Source: Synechococcus sp. AG-670-B23
GTDB lineage: Bacteria; Cyanobacteriota; Cyanobacteriia; PCC-6307; Cyanobiaceae
Reading direction: 5' to 3'
Assembly (NCBI GenBank): GCA_003209165.1
Contig: QCSL01000002.1
Coordinates: forward strand, 8,630 to 72,629
Length of the DNA stretch: 64,000 nucleotides
This document shows positions 59,726 through 64,000 of the stretch, one piece after another (the stretch's first letter is position 1; each line of letters begins with the position of its first letter). The notes below the pieces were generated by a model. The model was given only the letters and a program-made list of their open reading frames with translations. It had not been told where the DNA came from and did no database searches. The position numbers and the translations under genes were made by a program.

Positions 59726-62491
59726 TCAAACCTGGACCGGATCGAACACTAGAGCATCCGCACCGGCCTCCCCTAGCCGTACCGTCACCCCACTGGCTCC
59801 TGCAAAGCGCTCCTTGAGCAGCAGCGTAGACAGCGGATTTTCCAACTGCCGCCGCAGCACCCGACGCAGAGGCCTCGCCCCGTACTCTGGCTCATGGCCC
59901 TGAAGGGCCATGGCCTCAGCCACAGCGTCGTCCACTAGCAGAGCCAGCCCCTGCTCGGCCAACAGGGCAGCGAGATCCTTCAGTTGAAGCTGAACAATCC
60001 GCACGAGATCGGAGACCTCCAAGGGACGGAAACGAATAACTTCATCAATGCGGTTGAGGAATTCAGGCCGGAACTGGCTGGAGAGCGCTGCATCCACCTG
60101 CTGTTGCAGGACTGACTCGTCCGTGGATCCAGAGCGGGCATGTTCGAGAATCTCCGGGCTGGCCAGATTGCTGGTCATCACGACAACGGTGTGGCGGAAA
60201 TCGACAGTGCGGCCCTGGGAATCGGTAAGCCGACCGTCATCAAGCACCTGCAGCAGCAGGTTGAACACATCGGGATGCGCCTTCTCAACTTCATCTAGTA
60301 GCAGTACTGCATAGGGACGACGACGCACGGCCTCGGTGAGCTGCCCCCCCGCCTCGTATCCGACATAGCCCGGAGGAGCGCCGATGAGCCGAGCCACGGC
60401 ATTCCGCTCCATGAACTCACTCATGTCGAGGCGAACAAGAGCCTCCTCTTCATCAAACAGCGATCCCGCCAGCGCCTTGGCCAGCTCGGTCTTGCCGACA
60501 CCAGTCGGCCCCAGAAAGAGGAACGATCCCACTGGGCGACGGGGGTCCTTCATGCCGGCGCGGGCACGGCGGATGGCCGCTGCAACGGCTGTTACAGCCT
60601 CAGCCTGACCAATCACTCGTTCCGCGAGGTGGGCATCGAGGTCTAGGAGCTTGCGCCGCTCGCCCGCCAGCAGCCGTTGCAAGGGGATCCCGGTCCAGCG
60701 AGCCACCAGATCTGCGATGTCACCGGCCTCCACCTGCTCGCGCAACAGGGCGGTTCCGGCGGACTGCGCCTGCGCCTGGGAGGCCTCCAGCTCATCCCGG
60801 CGCTGCTGCAGCCGATGCAGCTGGTCGTACTGCAGGCGGGCCGCTTCCTCGAGGTCGCCATCCCGCTCAGCTTCAGCGATGGCATGGCGCAGATCTTCGT
60901 CCTGCTGGAGCAGCTGACCGAGCTCCTCGAGCTGACCGCGCTCCTCCTGCCAACGCCGCCGCAGATCATCCAGTCGCGCGGACACTTCAAGCCGGTTGCG
61001 CTGGAGGTGAATCCGCTCCGCTTCAGGCGCCTGCTCAGCGGCAAGCAAGGCAAGTTCAACGCGGCGTAGATCAGCCTCAGCCTCCTCTACCACCTGCGGC
61101 TTGGAGGTGACCTCCATCTTCAGTTGCGCCGCCGCTTCATCAATCAGATCAATGGCTTTGTCCGGTAGGCAGCGATCGCTGATATAGCGATCGGCGAGAC
61201 GGTTGGCGGTCTGAATGGCTTCATCGGTGATCGTGACGCCGTGATGCAGCTCGTAGCGCTCCTTCAGTCCGCGCAGAATTTCAAGGCTTAACTCCAGATC
61301 CGGCTCCCGGATCACCACCTGCTGAAAGCGGCGGTTGAGGGCCGGATCCTTTTCCACCGTGAGCCTGTAATCCTCGGGCGTGGTGGCACCGATGCAGCGC
61401 AGATCCCCACGGGCGAGAGCTGGCTTCAACAGGCTGCCGGCATCAGTGCTGCTGCGATCGCTGCCGACAACGGTGTGCAGCTCATCGATGAACAACACCA
61501 CACCGGAATCGGAACCACTCACCTCCTCGAGCACCGAGCGCAGGCGTTCCTCGAACTGACCCCGGAACTTGGCACCGGCGATCAAAGCCCCAAGATCCAG
61601 CGCCACTAAACGCAGGCCCTGCAGAGACTCCGGCACTTCACCCGCCACGATCCGCTGCGCCAAAAGCTCCGCAATCGCTGTTTTGCCAACACCGGGTTCA
61701 CCGATGAGCACAGGGTTGTTCTTGCTCCGACGTGAGAGCACCTTAATCAGATTACGAATTTCAGAATCGCGACCGATCACCGGATCGAGGCTGCCTGCTT
61801 CCGCCTCTTCGGTGAGATCCCGCCCATAGGACTCCAATGCCGTGGGGGGCTCTTGCAAAGGAGACTCAGGGGCAGGCGGCTGGGGGGCTGCTGGCTCTGG
61901 CTCACGCACCCCACGGGAGGAGGACGGGACTCGCGCCACCCGTTCACGACGGGGAGCCTCTTGCGAAACATCTTTCTGATACCGCGGCATCGGCCGCTCC
62001 TGGGGTGGAGCTGGAACCCCAGCAATACGATCGTCCCTGTCCAGTTGGATCAGCTGCTCCAGGGCATCCGCTGACAAACCAAAGCCAGCGAACAAATCGG
62101 CGCCAATCCGCGGATCGGCACCAATGGCCATCAGCACTTCCGGCAGATCGATGACGTCGCTATTCCAGCGCTGACGAATTGCATCAGCTGCATCAAGCAG
62201 CTGCTCCAGGTCATCACCGATGAACAGCTCATCGCCTCGCCCTGAGGGCTGATCGGCCAGCACATCCTCCAAGCGATCCAAGAGCGCATCGTTGGGGAGG
62301 GGCAATCGCTCCACCATGCGGCGGCAGGCTGGGTCGGTGAACAGCACCTGAATCAGATGCTCCACATCCAACTGCTCATGCCGCCAGCGACGGGCGACGT
62401 CCTGACCACTCAGCAGCAGATCCCAGGCCGCGTCGCTGAAGCGATCCGGCTCATGGGTGAGACTGCCGTTCAACGCTGGGGATGAAGTCAT
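59726..62491 (-). CDS. clpB: ClpB-type AAA+ chaperone (cyanobacterial ClpB2-like)
   Basis: Clp N domain, GEPGVGKT, coiled-coil middle domain, [15 protein letters not shown]. Confidence 0.94.
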   Translation of the reverse strand: MTSSPALNGSLTHEPDRFSDAAWDLLLSGQDVARRWRHEQLDVEHLIQVLFTDPACRRMVERLPLPNDALLDRLEDVLADQPSGRGDELFIGDDLEQLLDAADAIRQRWNSDVIDLPEVLMAIGADPRIGADLFAGFGLSADALEQLIQLDRDDRIAGVPAPPQERPMPRYQKDVSQEAPRRERVARVPSSSRGVREPEPAAPQPPAPESPLQEPPTALESYGRDLTEEAEAGSLDPVIGRDSEIRNLIKVLSRRSKNNPVLIGEPGVGKTAIAELLAQRIVAGEVPESLQGLRLVALDLGALIAGAKFRGQFEERLRSVLEEVSGSDSGVVLFIDELHTVVGSDRSSTDAGSLLKPALARGDLRCIGATTPEDYRLTVEKDPALNRRFQQVVIREPDLELSLEILRGLKERYELHHGVTITDEAIQTANRLADRYISDRCLPDKAIDLIDEAAAQLKMEVTSKPQVVEEAEADLRRVELALLAAEQAPEAERIHLQRNRLEVSARLDDLRRRWQEERGQLEELGQLLQQDEDLRHAIAEAERDGDLEEAARLQYDQLHRLQQRRDELEASQAQAQSAGTALLREQVEAGDIADLVARWTGIPLQRLLAGERRKLLDLDAHLAERVIGQAEAVTAVAAAIRRARAGMKDPRRPVGSFLFLGPTGVGKTELAKALAGSLFDEEEALVRLDMSEFMERNAVARLIGAPPGYVGYEAGGQLTEAVRRRPYAVLLLDEVEKAHPDVFNLLLQVLDDGRLTDSQGRTVDFRHTVVVMTSNLASPEILEHARSGSTDESVLQQQVDAALSSQFRPEFLNRIDEVIRFRPLEVSDLVRIVQLQLKDLAALLAEQGLALLVDDAVAEAMALQGHEPEYGARPLRRVLRRQLENPLSTLLLKERFAGASGVTVRLGEAGADALVFDPVQV

Positions 62492-62499
62492 CCGGTTCT

Positions 62500-62898
62500 T
62501 CAGGCTTGAGCTTTGGAGGACAACTCGATCAATTCCACCTTGTAGCCATCCGGATCCTCAACAAACGCGATGACGGTGTTGCCGTGCTTCATCGGGCCAG
62601 GTTCCCGCACCACTTGACCACCCTTATCGGCAATGCCGGCACAAGTGCTGTTGATGTCGTCCACGCCTAGAGCGATGTGGCCATAGGCGTCACCGAGGGT
62701 GTAGCTCTCGGTGTCCCAGTTGTGGGTGAGTTCCAGGACCGTGTGATCTTTCTCCGACCCGTAGCCAACAAAAGCCAAGGTGAAGCGGCCGCTGGGGTAA
62801 TCCTTTCGACGCAGAAGCTGCATGCCCAGGACATCGGTGTAGAAGCCTAGAGACCGCTCCAGATCAGCGACCCGGAGCATGGTGTGAAGCATCCGCAT
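62500..62898 (-). CDS. gloA: Lactoylglutathione lyase (glyoxalase I)
   Basis: [20 protein letters not shown] and [10 protein letters not shown] motifs. Confidence 0.96.
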   Translation of the reverse strand: MRMLHTMLRVADLERSLGFYTDVLGMQLLRRKDYPSGRFTLAFVGYGSEKDHTVLELTHNWDTESYTLGDAYGHIALGVDDINSTCAGIADKGGQVVREPGPMKHGNTVIAFVEDPDGYKVELIELSSKAQA

Positions 62899-62947
62899 GG
62901 GTGAGTGTCGTGCAGCATGAACCTGCCGTCATTCTGGCCAGGTATGA

Positions 62948-64000
<1,053 letters not shown>

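Overview
This is a GC-rich picocyanobacterial chromosome segment; gene content and order suggest marine Synechococcus. The core backbone is rsmH, ndhH, the phylloquinone cluster (DHNA-CoA thioesterase, menE, menC, menA, menF), gshB-grxC, prfB (programmed +1 frameshift), ybeY-dgkA-trpG, asparaginase-hisC-argS-nadC-mnmE, rel, rluD-ylqF, pgk, murG, cobD, pyrD-rnhA, secE-nusG-rplKAJL, clpB, gloA and the 5' part of eno. Two visibly AT-richer accessory inserts interrupt it. (1) At about 9.1-14.2 kb, between menF and gshB, lie an aryl-alcohol-dehydrogenase-like aldo/keto reductase, two outer-membrane beta-barrel proteins and a convergent GMC flavin oxidoreductase. (2) At about 33.6-46.0 kb, after pgk, lies a type IV pilus locus: pilA, a 441-aa pilin with 22 Cys and an internal repeat, pilB/T/C, pilN/O, three small pilin-like genes, pilM with a long acidic tail, and a divergent dsbA. 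pilQ lies about 5 kb further on. Also present are a probable Yfr2-family sRNA, L10 and L1 autoregulatory RNA elements, and three pseudogenes or remnants. I saw no tRNA, rRNA, CRISPR array, integrase or transposase. All calls come from manual motif recognition; no database searches were run.
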